Source of the DNA: Thermodesulfobacteriota bacterium
Lineage (GTDB): Bacteria > Desulfobacterota > Desulfobacteria > Desulfobacterales > C00003060
Length of the DNA stretch: 64,000 nt
NCBI GenBank assembly: GCA_034189385.1
Contig: JAXHVD010000003.1
Location: forward strand, 64,001-128,000
Direction: 5' to 3'
Shown: positions 46,195-56,089 of the stretch, one piece after another
Position numbering within the stretch: position 1 is the stretch's first letter
How the letters are laid out: each line of letters starts with the position of its first letter
Translations under genes and position numbers: made by a program
The notes under the pieces: model-generated
The model's database searches: none
What the model saw: only the letters and a program-made list of their open reading frames with translations
Told to the model about the DNA's origin: nothing

Positions 46195-47046
46195 CTAGAC
46201 GGGGGAAGAACCGTATTTGATCACCGTATCTCCCACCTCAACGCCAATGTCCTTGGCAATCACCGGGCACTTGGCCTTCAAGAGATAGAAGAGGGGACCT
46301 TTTTCTGTTGAAAGCGTCTCATAATTGCCCTGGCCCTTGCTGATAATCAGATCAGCTTCCCTGAAAAGATCCCGGAAGTGATCTGAACAGCCTTCAAGGA
46401 CGGTACCTGGTGCATCAGATCCTGAGGAGATCACCGTGGCCACTTCGCCCAAACCGCTCCTTGTGGCATCTTCTTCGGTGGCATCATTGATGATGGGCCT
46501 TTCTCTGGCGGCAAATGTCACAGGCCTGCCCATGGTTTCGATAAGGAGTTTGTCAAAGACCGTCTCTCCAGCATTGTCTCCCACGTAGAGGATGTTTCGG
46601 GCTGTTGCAAGCTTGTCTTTGAAAGCCTGGTAATGATTGATGGCAGGGTCCTGGTGGAGGACGGCCTGAACGTCTTTTTCCAGTTCAAAATCAGGATTGG
46701 CCCCAAAGTCTATGACGTTTCCCGCTATGGCGAGCCTAACAGCCGTCTCTAGAGGGTCCTTTGCCTTTCTCACTATCTCTTCCAGAGAAGGATAGAGGCC
46801 CAAGGCCTTGTCGATGTTTTCCTCTTTTAAGCTTTTAAAGGGATCATCCACGCCCGTAATCTCCCGCACCGCTCTGTATACTTCCCTGCCGGTCTCGGGC
46901 GGTGAACTCTCTAACGGAATCTTGGAGACGAGCATTCCTACCCTGTCAAGTACCGCCTTAATCTTCTCTTCATCGTCAACGGCCTTTCGTGCAGCAAAAA
47001 GGGCCTGCTTAAAAAAACAAGGGATGCAATCCAGATAAGTCTTCAT
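46195..47046 (-). CDS. DUF89/ARMT1-like damage-control phosphatase
   Basis: CIPC, DPF..LK, AIAGNVIDFG, DNAGE.VFD, PIINDAT, SKGQGNYE, KAKCPVIA. Confidence 0.92.
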   Translation of the reverse strand: MKTYLDCIPCFFKQALFAARKAVDDEEKIKAVLDRVGMLVSKIPLESSPPETGREVYRAVREITGVDDPFKSLKEENIDKALGLYPSLEEIVRKAKDPLETAVRLAIAGNVIDFGANPDFELEKDVQAVLHQDPAINHYQAFKDKLATARNILYVGDNAGETVFDKLLIETMGRPVTFAARERPIINDATEEDATRSGLGEVATVISSGSDAPGTVLEGCSDHFRDLFREADLIISKGQGNYETLSTEKGPLFYLLKAKCPVIAKDIGVEVGDTVIKYGSSPV

Positions 47047-47121
47047 AGAGTCCTAATATCCTCTAACGGTCATCCTAAACTCTCAGACCCGGGCAAATCT
47101 ATGAGAAAAGCAGATCCGGGA

Positions 47122-48543
47122 CTACTTGCTCTTATAGAAAGCCCTGTAGGCCTTATAGGTCATGTAGATGTCCGCCTTGCTGGTTATCTCAAAGGGAGAG
47201 TGCATGGAAAGGATGGGTGTGCCGCAGTCCAAGACCTCCATGCCGTAGATAGCCAAAAACTTGGCAATGGTGCCGCCACCCCCCTCATCCACCCTGCCAA
47301 TCTCTCCGGTTTGCCAGACCACATTGTTTTCATTAAAGAGCCTTCGGATGTGGCCCAGATATTCTGCGTTGGCATCACTGGAACCGTACTTTCCCCCTGA
47401 TCCAGTGAACTTGGTAATGCATACCCCGTATCCGATCTTAGCTGCATTGCGCTTTTCATGGACCTCTTGATAGTCCGGATCCAAGGCAGCATTGGCATCT
47501 GCTGAAAGGGCCTTGGAGTTCATCAAGCACGTCCTGAGGGCTTTGCCACTGGCTTCCTGTCCTGTTGCCTCAAGAAGATCTCCTATAAAGTCTTCCAGAA
47601 ACCGCGATTTTGCCCCCGTGCTTCCGTCGCTGCCGATTTCTTCCTTGTCTGTAAAAAGGGCCACAGCCGTCACTTCAGGGGCCTTCACTTCCCCAATGGC
47701 CTCAAGGGAGGTGAAGGCACATACACGATCATCTTGGCCGTAAGCACCCACCAAGCCTCTGTCCCATCCCACGTCACGGGCCTTGCCAGCAGGCACGATT
47801 TCTATTTCCGCGCTCATGAGATCTTCTTCGATAAGCCCATACTGGGAAAAAAGGCGCTCCAGCACAGCCAGCTTAAACCGTTCCTTTGTGTCATCATCTC
47901 CAATAGGGAGGCTTCCCACCAAGACATTCAACTTTTCCCCTTCAAAGGCCTCGGACACTTTCTTGTCAGCCTGAATCTTTCGGGAAAGATGGGGAAGAAG
48001 ATCAGCGATGGTGAACACAGGATCCTCTTCAGACTCCCCTACGCGCAAGTCGATGGCACTCCCGTCTTTTTTCAGAATAGTCCCGTGAACAGCCAAGGGC
48101 CTTGCAAGCCACTGGTATTTCTTAATACCCCCATAGTAGTGGGTCTTTAAAAGGGCAATATCTACCTCTTCATAAAGGGGGTTTTGTTTCAGATCAAGGC
48201 GAGGAGAATCAATGTGGGAGGCTATCATGTGAACACCTGATAAAAGGGGCCTCTTGCCCAGCACCGCCAGGGCAATACTCTTGTTCTTATTGATCTTGAA
48301 GAATCTCTTCTTCCCTTCCCCCTTTTCGATATCCTGGAAGCCTTTCTCCTTGGCAAAGGCCTCTATAGTACGAACACCCTCTCGCTCTGTCTTGACACTG
48401 TCAAGAAAAGATTTGTACCTTTCAGCAAAAGGAAAGACTTTCTTCTGCCCTCTGGCGCCAACTGAATCCCATACCAATTGGGGTTTTCGGACAAGTCGTT
48501 TTCTAAGCTCCTCCAACTGCTTTTTGCTCACCTTGCTTTTCAT
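47122..48543 (-). CDS. M18 family aminopeptidase (ApeA-like)
   Basis: SHIDSPRLDLK, THYYGGIKKYQW, YGQDDRVC, DKEEIGS, SAD, GGGGTIA, SMHSP. Confidence 0.93.
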   Translation of the reverse strand: MKSKVSKKQLEELRKRLVRKPQLVWDSVGARGQKKVFPFAERYKSFLDSVKTEREGVRTIEAFAKEKGFQDIEKGEGKKRFFKINKNKSIALAVLGKRPLLSGVHMIASHIDSPRLDLKQNPLYEEVDIALLKTHYYGGIKKYQWLARPLAVHGTILKKDGSAIDLRVGESEEDPVFTIADLLPHLSRKIQADKKVSEAFEGEKLNVLVGSLPIGDDDTKERFKLAVLERLFSQYGLIEEDLMSAEIEIVPAGKARDVGWDRGLVGAYGQDDRVCAFTSLEAIGEVKAPEVTAVALFTDKEEIGSDGSTGAKSRFLEDFIGDLLEATGQEASGKALRTCLMNSKALSADANAALDPDYQEVHEKRNAAKIGYGVCITKFTGSGGKYGSSDANAEYLGHIRRLFNENNVVWQTGEIGRVDEGGGGTIAKFLAIYGMEVLDCGTPILSMHSPFEITSKADIYMTYKAYRAFYKSK

Positions 48544-49617
48544 CTATTCTTCTGACTCCTTTTCTGAGTAATCGCCCAGGTGCTCTTGGATAACGCTGGC
48601 CACCCTTGTCACTCCCTCTTCGTAAAGCTTTCTCTCCCTCAAGCTCGCCGCCCTCATGTAAAGATCCCTGGCCCTATTCAGGCTTTCCATGTCCCCCACA
48701 CCTTCATGGGCCACACCCAGATTGTAGTATGCTGCGGCACTATCGGGATCGTCACGGATCACCTGTTCCCACGCCTCAATAGCCTCCCGCCATCTGCCCC
48801 TTTTGGCCAAGGCCACCCCCCGTTTCACCATACTGTTCTTCCCTTTGTCCAATTTCACTAAGCTCATAAGCCTCATGCGGGAGATCTCTGTCACGATGGT
48901 ATCTGCGATCCTTTCTGAGAGTTGCTCTGAGGTATGGCTCGAGGTCGGCAGGTCGCTCAACTTTCGACCGAAATCCCTATGTTGCTCCTCACCTCCAAAC
49001 TTCTCCTCATAAGCCTCCTGCAACTCTCTGTGAACAATGCCCCCTCTGGCCTCAAGATCAAAGACCTTGTAATGCCCAGAGAAAGAGGCCTTGCGGATAA
49101 CAAAAGGGACGTCCTTAATCATCGTGCGTTTGATTTCCTCATCAACCCACTGACCATAAGCGTCTTTTGCCTTCTTGTAGTAACCTGTTCCCTCCTTCAC
49201 CTGAAGGTGATCAAACCCATGGATATCATGGATCTTAGCAGTCACATGGCCTGTTATCACTGCATCGGCTTTCAGGTTTTCAACCGCTTGCAGGAACTCA
49301 ACCTCCTCCAGTGTGTTGCTGGGGAGCTTATCGCCGGCATAAACCTGAACGGCATCCGTCGGGCTGAAATGTTGGATCTCAGAGAGTCTGTTGTAGATAT
49401 GGCTGCGGACCATATCGCCGTAATGCCCGTCAAAGCCCCTAACAGCCAAGTTATGGATACTCTCCCAGCGAACCTTCCCGGGCTTGATAAGACGGACCCT
49501 CCCCCTTGGAGCGCAGGCTAAACAAGTCACGACGAGAATGAGAGAGAAGCCTATCCAAAGCCTGGCTGCCTTGTTCAGCTTGTCCTTGGCTTTTTGCTCT
49601 TCTCGCATAGCAAACAC
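48544..49617 (-). CDS. TPR-containing putative lipoprotein
   Basis: Hydrophobic stretch ending LAC (lipobox-like); C-terminal TPR W.EAI..W......P....AYYNLGVA.E..G; start uncertain. Confidence 0.75.
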   Translation of the reverse strand: MFAMREEQKAKDKLNKAARLWIGFSLILVVTCLACAPRGRVRLIKPGKVRWESIHNLAVRGFDGHYGDMVRSHIYNRLSEIQHFSPTDAVQVYAGDKLPSNTLEEVEFLQAVENLKADAVITGHVTAKIHDIHGFDHLQVKEGTGYYKKAKDAYGQWVDEEIKRTMIKDVPFVIRKASFSGHYKVFDLEARGGIVHRELQEAYEEKFGGEEQHRDFGRKLSDLPTSSHTSEQLSERIADTIVTEISRMRLMSLVKLDKGKNSMVKRGVALAKRGRWREAIEAWEQVIRDDPDSAAAYYNLGVAHEGVGDMESLNRARDLYMRAASLRERKLYEEGVTRVASVIQEHLGDYSEKESEE

Positions 49618-49686
49618 AGTTCCCTTGGCTCACAGCGCGGTAGCGAAGCCCGTTACCGGGCCCATGAGAATAATCCTGAGGCAAGA

Positions 49687-50235
49687 TTACTTCAGGGATT
49701 TCTCCTCAAGGTAATACCTCTTATTGTTAAGAAACAGAGCATACCGCCCTCCTCCAGGTTCCTCCTGAACGTGCTCTGCAAGCTGGTAGTACCCAGGCCG
49801 GGAAAAGCGGGCCGGAAACCGTCCTCCGCGGATTTTGCAATATAGGACGTGAGAGGCTCCAATGTAAAGCGTCTCAGGGTCCAGCTCCTCTTTGGTGTCG
49901 TCTGTAAGGTGAAGGATGAAACGGTCTCTCTTTTCATTCCCTTTAGCTGCAGCATACTCAGTCCGGACAATCACAAACGGCGTGTCTTCAACGTCCAGCC
50001 GGCAGACCTGATCCTTGAACTTGATGATGTAACGCCCTTGCGCGTCAAGAAATAAGGATTGGTAGAAAAGGAGAAGAAGTTCACGATGAATGATAGGCGC
50101 CCCCTTATGAAACCAGGTTCCTTCCTTATCCACATAGATCATACATGGTGGAGGCCCTTCTTGATCGTTGGCATTTATCATTCGTCGCAACTTCCTAAAT
50201 CCGCCAGTCTCCATCGAAAAGAAGGAACTCTTCAC
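49687..50235 (-). CDS. DUF1285 family protein
   Basis: IYVDKEGTWFH.G..I, VEDTPFV, LYC, ARFSRP.YYQL. Confidence 0.85.
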   Translation of the reverse strand: MKSSFFSMETGGFRKLRRMINANDQEGPPPCMIYVDKEGTWFHKGAPIIHRELLLLFYQSLFLDAQGRYIIKFKDQVCRLDVEDTPFVIVRTEYAAAKGNEKRDRFILHLTDDTKEELDPETLYIGASHVLYCKIRGGRFPARFSRPGYYQLAEHVQEEPGGGRYALFLNNKRYYLEEKSLK

Positions 50236-50244
50236 GCCCTCCTG

Positions 50245-50685
50245 TTACCTGCTCTCGAGAATCAGCGTGACGGGTCCGTCATTGGTCAAGGAAACATCCA
50301 TCTTTGCCTGAAACCGACCTGTAGCCACGGCAATTCCTTTCAGCCTCAATTGATTCACGAAGTACTCGTAAAGCTCCTCTGCCCTCTCCGGGGGGGCTGC
50401 CTCTACAAATGACGGCCGACGGCCCTTCCGGCAGTTGCCCAGGAGTGTAAATTGAGAGACAACCATTATCTCACCGCCGGTCTCCATGAGGGAACGGTTC
50501 ATCTTGCGTTCTTCATCTTCGAAGATACGAAGGTGGACGACCTTGTCTGAGAGAAAATCCGCGTCTTTCTCCTCATCAGAACGCGAAATCCCAAGGAGCA
50601 CCAAAAGGCCAGGACCGATCTTACCGATAACGCCGTCTCCCACCTGAACTTTAGAGGCACTCACCCGCTGAATCACGGCCCTCAT
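50245..50685 (-). CDS. dtd: D-aminoacyl-tRNA deacylase
   Basis: [14 protein letters not shown]...MNRS, VSQFTL, KGRRPSF, NDGPVT. Confidence 0.96.
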   Translation of the reverse strand: MRAVIQRVSASKVQVGDGVIGKIGPGLLVLLGISRSDEEKDADFLSDKVVHLRIFEDEERKMNRSLMETGGEIMVVSQFTLLGNCRKGRRPSFVEAAPPERAEELYEYFVNQLRLKGIAVATGRFQAKMDVSLTNDGPVTLILESR

Positions 50686-51108
50686 GGACCCTTCCTTTCA
50701 CTGAACAGGCCCTTTATCGGCCTGTCTGACGGAGACTCTGGACACATGAAACCGCCTATTTTTCTGAAACCCACTCTCTTTCACCCCCAGAAACAGAAAT
50801 CCTGAGACGGGGGCTTGCATTTCCCCCTTCTTGCCCACCAGCAAATGTTGCCTCATGCCTATCTTACCCGTAAAAACCCCGTGCCCTGCCCTAGGTCCTC
50901 GGAACATGCCATGGCACACTTTCTATCCACCTATCATTCATTAGTCAACAGGCTCTTCTCGATCCACCGGGGGCGGTTTTCTTTTTTCAGGAATCATGTT
51001 ATTCACACCTGGCAGCTCTGTCTTCTGGACCCCAGGGTTCACGGCCCCATAAGAAGTGGTTTCCACAGACAACCCCTTGGTCCTTTTCCCACGTCATGAG
51101 AATGGTCA

Positions 51109-51786
51109 TTGAAAACCGATAAGATTGTCATAGCAAAGGATCTGTCACGCCGCTTCCTTTTGGGCGGCCAGCCTGTGAAGGCCATTGACAAGGTGAGCCT
51201 GGAGGTGGGGGCCGGGGAGTTTCTGGTACTGAAAGGAAAGAGCGGTTCCGGCAAAAGCACGCTTCTTTCCCTCATAGGGGGGCTGGATCGCCCCAGCGCC
51301 GGCACCTTGGAGGTGTCAGGCATTGATCTGTCGGGGCTGGGCCCCACCCAATTGGCCCGATTCAGAAGAGAACACATGGGGTTCGTCTTCCAAACATTCA
51401 ACCTGCTGCCCACCCTGTCCGTGCTGGAGAATGTGGCCCTCCCAGCCCTCCTTGCCGATACCCATCCAGAAAATGCCTTTGAAAAGGCATGGCAGCTCCT
51501 CCGATTGGCCGAGCTGGAGGAAAGGGCCTCTCACAAACCCTCTGAGATTTCAGGCGGGGAAATGCAGCGTACGGCCATTGCCAGGGCCCTCATCAACGAT
51601 CCCACCTTGATTATTGCCGATGAGCCTACAGGGAACCTGGACAGCAAGACCGGAGGCCGAATCCTGGGTTTCATCAAAGACCTGAACCGATCTATGGGAC
51701 GCACTGTGGTTATGGCCACGCACAGCTCCGATGCAGACGCCATGGCCCACAGGATCCTCCGTCTTCAAGACGGACGGTTTACGTAG
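51109..51786 (+). CDS. ABC transporter ATP-binding protein (LolD/MacB/AttE-like)
   Basis: GKSGSGKST, GFVFQ.FNLLP, SGGEMQR, ADEPTGNLD, ATH. Confidence 0.92.
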   Translation: MKTDKIVIAKDLSRRFLLGGQPVKAIDKVSLEVGAGEFLVLKGKSGSGKSTLLSLIGGLDRPSAGTLEVSGIDLSGLGPTQLARFRREHMGFVFQTFNLLPTLSVLENVALPALLADTHPENAFEKAWQLLRLAELEERASHKPSEISGGEMQRTAIARALINDPTLIIADEPTGNLDSKTGGRILGFIKDLNRSMGRTVVMATHSSDADAMAHRILRLQDGRFT

Positions 51787-51791
51787 ACATT

Positions 51792-54365
51792 ATGCAGAGA
51801 ATAGCCCGCCTCCTTCGATATTTTTCCCTGCGGCACCTCCTCCAGGACCCCTGGCGAACGGCCATTGTCATATTCGGGGTCGCTGTAGGCGCGTCGGTAT
51901 TCTTAAGCGTGAGGCTGGCGGTGGATGCATCGGTGGATGCCTTCACCCGGAGCATGGATCACCTCATCGGAAAGGCGGACTATGCTGTGCGGGCCGAGGG
52001 GACCGGCGTCCCCGATGGCCTCTTTGCAGTGCTTTCTTCCCATCCGGCTGTTGCCCATGCAGCTCCTGTGCTGTCTGCCTATGTGCGGTTCCAAGATCTG
52101 GATCAGGAGCCCTTTCTCCTTTTGGGCATAGACCCCATAGCCGAAAGGGCCTTCCGGGAGACCCGCTGGGTGGCCAAGGACCGCGCTGAGGCCTGGGAGA
52201 CCCTTGTGGGTCTTCTTACCCGGCCTTTTACCCTGATCACCACCCAAGGGCTGGCCCGTTCATGGGGGCTTAAAAGAGGAGATGAAGTCCTGGTCATGCA
52301 CGGCCATAACATCGCCAGGTTTGAGCTCCTGGGCCTGCTGGATGAAGAGGGTGCAGCCCTGTCAGAGGGCGGAAACGTGGCTGTCTGCGACATCGCCACG
52401 GCCCAAGAATTCTTGAAACGCCCAGGGATGTTGGAGCGCATTGACTTGATGCTCTGGCCCCGAGCCGGTGCGGCTGATACTGCATCCATTCAGAAAATAC
52501 TCCCGCCCAGTTGTAAGCTTGTCCGGCCCCATGAAGGCAAGGAAGCGAGTCTCTCACTGATCAGAGCCTATCGCATGAACCTCTCCGTTCTGAGTTTTGT
52601 TTCTCTTTTCGTGGGGATGTTCCTTGTCTTTAGTGTCGTCTCCATCAATGCAGCCCGGCGCAGGCAAGAGACGGCCATTCTCCTGTCCCTAGGGACCGAA
52701 CCGACACAGGCCTTCCTCCTCTTCTTGGGCGAAGGGCTTGTCTTCGGACTTGCAGGGTGGGTGATAGGGTTTCCCTTAAGCCTCTTTCTTGCCGACCGGT
52801 TCCTTAGGATCGTATGCGCAACCATCACCACCCTCTTTGTGAGGGTGAATGTGGAGGCGATCATCCTATCGCCTCAGGAGATCATCGCTTCCTTTGTCAT
52901 CACCTTGTCGGTATCTGTGATGGCGGCCTTTGTGCCGGCCCGGGAGACGGCCCGCATCCCTCCCCAAGAGGCCTTGTCTTCTGAAACCTTTGAGCGCAGC
53001 CGCAGGCTCAAGGCACCCACCCTGGCCTTGGCGGGCGCGGCCTTGATCGGCCTTTCTTTTCCAGTGTCTTGGCTCCCCCCTGTCTTTGACATGCCGGCAG
53101 GGGGATATACGGCCATCTTTATGATATTTGTGGGCTTTTCCATGCTGGCCCCCGGCGTGCTTATCCTCTTTGGAAGATACCTTCCGGGCATCGTGGCCAA
53201 GATCTTTGGCCAACCGGGTCGCTTGGCCGCCGGCTACCTGGGCGGGGCCGTGTCACGGACGGCCGTGGCCGTGGGGGCACTTATTACGGCCATTGCCTTG
53301 TTCATTGGCGTTTCCATCATGGTCTCCAGTTTCAGGAACACCATGAACACGTGGCTGGAGCAAAACGTGGTAGGGGATCTCTTTGTAAGGCCAGATGCCT
53401 GTGATATCAACCAGTACCGGGATTGGCTGGCCCCTGAAGTCGCCCATTACCTTCTTCATCACGACCTCATAGAAGACGCCTATGTCTACAATCGAACCAT
53501 CATGGAAAAAGATAAAGGCCCTTTCCTGCTAGAGGCGGGCCGAATAGAAAGCCTGTGGCGTCACGGCCGGTTCCTGCTCATGGGGGGAGACGAAACGGAC
53601 ATCATGGAAAAACTCATACAAGGAAAAGGGGTCGGCATTTCTGAGGTGTATGCCTCCCGAACAGGTCTCGGCCCTGGAGACCGCCTCGATCTGTCCCTTG
53701 GCGGTGTTCACAGGGGGTGGGAGATCCTGGGCGTCTTTCGGGACTACCGAACCGGTGGCGGGGTGGTGTTCATGGACCTGCGCACCTTTCAGGAAATCTA
53801 TAAAAAACCCCATGTAGAAGGAGCCAATCTCTTTGTCAAGGCCGGGGCGTCCCCTCACACAATGAGGGCCGATCTCATGAAACTTTTTGGTGACAAGTAT
53901 GCCCTTTCTATTACTATTGGAGACGACCTGCGTCGAGACATCATGAAGGTCTTTGATGACACCTTTTCCATCACCTACGTGCTCATGGGGATAGCCCTTC
54001 TGGTGGCGGCCCTGGGCGTGGCCACCACGCTTTCGCTACTTATCAGGGAACGCCGCCGGCAGCTCGGGCTCATGATGGCCGTGGGAGCCACCGTGGGGCA
54101 GATTAGGCGCATGGTCGTGCTGGAGGCCCTTTTCATGGGCATGGCTGGGCACATAGTCGGCATTTGGTGCGGGCTCGTCCTTTCCTATTTTCTCATCTTT
54201 GTCATCAACAAGCAGTCCTTTGGATGGACCTTTGTCTACCAGATGCCCCCGTGGACCGTGGTCGCCTCTTTTGTGCTCATTCTGCTGGCGGCCGCACTGG
54301 CAGCCATCCCTCCTGCAAGGGCGGCGGCAAGGGTGAACCTGGCCGAGCTTTTGAAGGGAGAGTAA
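51792..54365 (+). CDS. FtsX/MacB-like ABC permease with duplicated domains (AttF/G-like)
   Basis: Two MacB-type halves; DIATAQ, NLSVLSFVSLFVG.FL, MVSSFR...WL, VFD.TF.IT, VIN.QSFGW. Confidence 0.9.
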   Translation: MQRIARLLRYFSLRHLLQDPWRTAIVIFGVAVGASVFLSVRLAVDASVDAFTRSMDHLIGKADYAVRAEGTGVPDGLFAVLSSHPAVAHAAPVLSAYVRFQDLDQEPFLLLGIDPIAERAFRETRWVAKDRAEAWETLVGLLTRPFTLITTQGLARSWGLKRGDEVLVMHGHNIARFELLGLLDEEGAALSEGGNVAVCDIATAQEFLKRPGMLERIDLMLWPRAGAADTASIQKILPPSCKLVRPHEGKEASLSLIRAYRMNLSVLSFVSLFVGMFLVFSVVSINAARRRQETAILLSLGTEPTQAFLLFLGEGLVFGLAGWVIGFPLSLFLADRFLRIVCATITTLFVRVNVEAIILSPQEIIASFVITLSVSVMAAFVPARETARIPPQEALSSETFERSRRLKAPTLALAGAALIGLSFPVSWLPPVFDMPAGGYTAIFMIFVGFSMLAPGVLILFGRYLPGIVAKIFGQPGRLAAGYLGGAVSRTAVAVGALITAIALFIGVSIMVSSFRNTMNTWLEQNVVGDLFVRPDACDINQYRDWLAPEVAHYLLHHDLIEDAYVYNRTIMEKDKGPFLLEAGRIESLWRHGRFLLMGGDETDIMEKLIQGKGVGISEVYASRTGLGPGDRLDLSLGGVHRGWEILGVFRDYRTGGGVVFMDLRTFQEIYKKPHVEGANLFVKAGASPHTMRADLMKLFGDKYALSITIGDDLRRDIMKVFDDTFSITYVLMGIALLVAALGVATTLSLLIRERRRQLGLMMAVGATVGQIRRMVVLEALFMGMAGHIVGIWCGLVLSYFLIFVINKQSFGWTFVYQMPPWTVVASFVLILLAAALAAIPPARAAARVNLAELLKGE

Positions 54366-54490
54366 AAATGCCTCGCACAGAGTGGTTATTGTTTGTCCCC
54401 TAAAATGGCTTGTTCTGCTAAGCTGAAAAATGCCTAAAGCGAAGAAATGCGCTTAGCTGGACGACCATTTTCATAATGATAGAATACCAT

Positions 54491-54535
54491 AACTTTAGTT
54501 CACTCTAGAGCACTTTAGCTCACTTTAGTCACTTC
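54491..54535. repeat. 10-bp tandem repeat (~4.5 units)
   Basis: aactttagtt cactctagag cactttagct cactttagtc actt. Confidence 0.65.
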
Positions 54536-54599
54536 TTCGTTGGCCGACAGAAGCTATTTTTTTGGACCCAATGCAAAACACGGAGTGTCGTTGCAGACG

Positions 54600-55730
54600 A
54601 TGAAAAGCAAGAATAGACTAACCTTGGTCTCTTTTCTTGGTATCTTGGCAGTGGTCCTCTTGGCCCCGCCGACCTGCCCAGGGGCAGAGGGTTTTCTGCA
54701 GGCCATTGAGCCCAGGGACTGGACCTTTCCGGGGGATCACGGGGACCATCCCGGCTTTCAAACGGAGTGGTGGTATTACACGGGAAACGTGGCCAGTGGG
54801 AAGCAAAGACCATTTGGGTTTCAACTGACCTTCTTCAGGGTCCAGCTCCAACCAGCGCCTGTTGTCTCAAGCTCCAGGTGGCGTACCAACCAACTCTACT
54901 TTGCCCACGTGACCATCAGCGACATAGAGGCCCAGGAGTTCCTGGTGGCCGAAAGGGCAGGCCGGGGAGCGGCAGGTATCGGCGGTGTGTCGCAGGAGCA
55001 AAAAAGGGTGCAGGTCTTCTTGCACGGATGGGAGACAGCCATACAAGGAAAAAGGCACCACCTGCGGGCTGAGGCCGATCGTTTGGGCATGGATCTCACA
55101 CTGATTTCGGAAAAGCCCCCCGTCTTTCATGGCGAAAGGGGCCTTAGCCGAAAGGGGGCTGGAAAGGGCAAGGCCTCGTATTACTACTCCCTTACCCGCA
55201 TGGAAACCAAGGGCACCTTGCGGGTGGACGGGAAAAGCTACAAGGTCTCCGGCTGGAGTTGGATGGACCATGAGTTCAGCTCCAATGTGTTATCAGAGGA
55301 CCAGGTGGGATGGGATTGGATGGGGCTCCAGCTGTCTGATGGCCGAGAACTCATGCTCTATGTACTGCGCCACAAGGATGGCTCTCTGGACTCTTTTTCG
55401 AGTGGCACAATGGTTAAGAAGGACGGCACGTCCGTCCATCTGCCAAAGGAGACTTTTGCGATCGAGCCCGTAGACTACTGGAAGAGCCCCAAGAGCAACG
55501 GCCGTTATCCCTCGGCATGGCAGGTGGAGGTCTATCCTCACGACATAAGCCTCAAGGTCCTTCCAAATATGACAGATCAGGAACTCATGACCGAGGAGAG
55601 CACCCAAGTCACCTATTGGGAGGGGAGTGTAGGGGTCGCCGGGGCTGTCTCCGAACAGCCGGTGACCGGCTCAGGATATGTGGAGTTGACCGGCTATGCC
55701 GGGGATTTCAAGGGCGGCTTATTGTGGTAG
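54600..55730 (+). CDS. AttH-like secreted lipocalin-like / CrtC-domain protein
   Basis: Signal peptide; FP.DHG.HP.FQTEWWYYTG, GFQLTFFR, SYYYS, WMDHEFSS, GWDW, DQEL, YWEG, GYVELTGY. Confidence 0.9.
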   Translation: MKSKNRLTLVSFLGILAVVLLAPPTCPGAEGFLQAIEPRDWTFPGDHGDHPGFQTEWWYYTGNVASGKQRPFGFQLTFFRVQLQPAPVVSSSRWRTNQLYFAHVTISDIEAQEFLVAERAGRGAAGIGGVSQEQKRVQVFLHGWETAIQGKRHHLRAEADRLGMDLTLISEKPPVFHGERGLSRKGAGKGKASYYYSLTRMETKGTLRVDGKSYKVSGWSWMDHEFSSNVLSEDQVGWDWMGLQLSDGRELMLYVLRHKDGSLDSFSSGTMVKKDGTSVHLPKETFAIEPVDYWKSPKSNGRYPSAWQVEVYPHDISLKVLPNMTDQELMTEESTQVTYWEGSVGVAGAVSEQPVTGSGYVELTGYAGDFKGGLLW

Positions 55731-56089
55731 TATTGATTGATGCCCATTTGGGCTTGCTTGAGAAGGTCAGCATTTAGGCCAGCAGGCGGCCCACCTTGAA
55801 AATGGCTAACTGTTTGAGCGCACTAGTGAGCGTTGAGAAAAAGGCGATAGCTTCCTGATCGTTCTGGGCACATGACTTCTAAGTCCAAGAACCGGCCCTT
55901 TTACGTCATCAAACTCTTTTTTCTCTGGGCTCACTTTTAAGCGAGTTTCAGACGGTTTCAAATTGAACCCTCCCCGTGGCAAGCCACGGGGAATGCGCTA
56001 GCTTGTTCGCTTCAATTGCCTGTGGGCCGACTCAATGTCGTTTACAGAAGACTCCCTACGAGGCTATCAAACATCATTGGCGACGAGAA

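Noticed and set aside
50912..50927. sigma54-like TGGCAC upstream of the ABC ATPase
   Set aside because: The -12 GC dinucleotide is absent.
54491..54535. CRISPR array (also considered for the 7-mer arrays)
   Set aside because: Units are 7-10 bp, adjacent, without unique spacers; no cas genes in the window.
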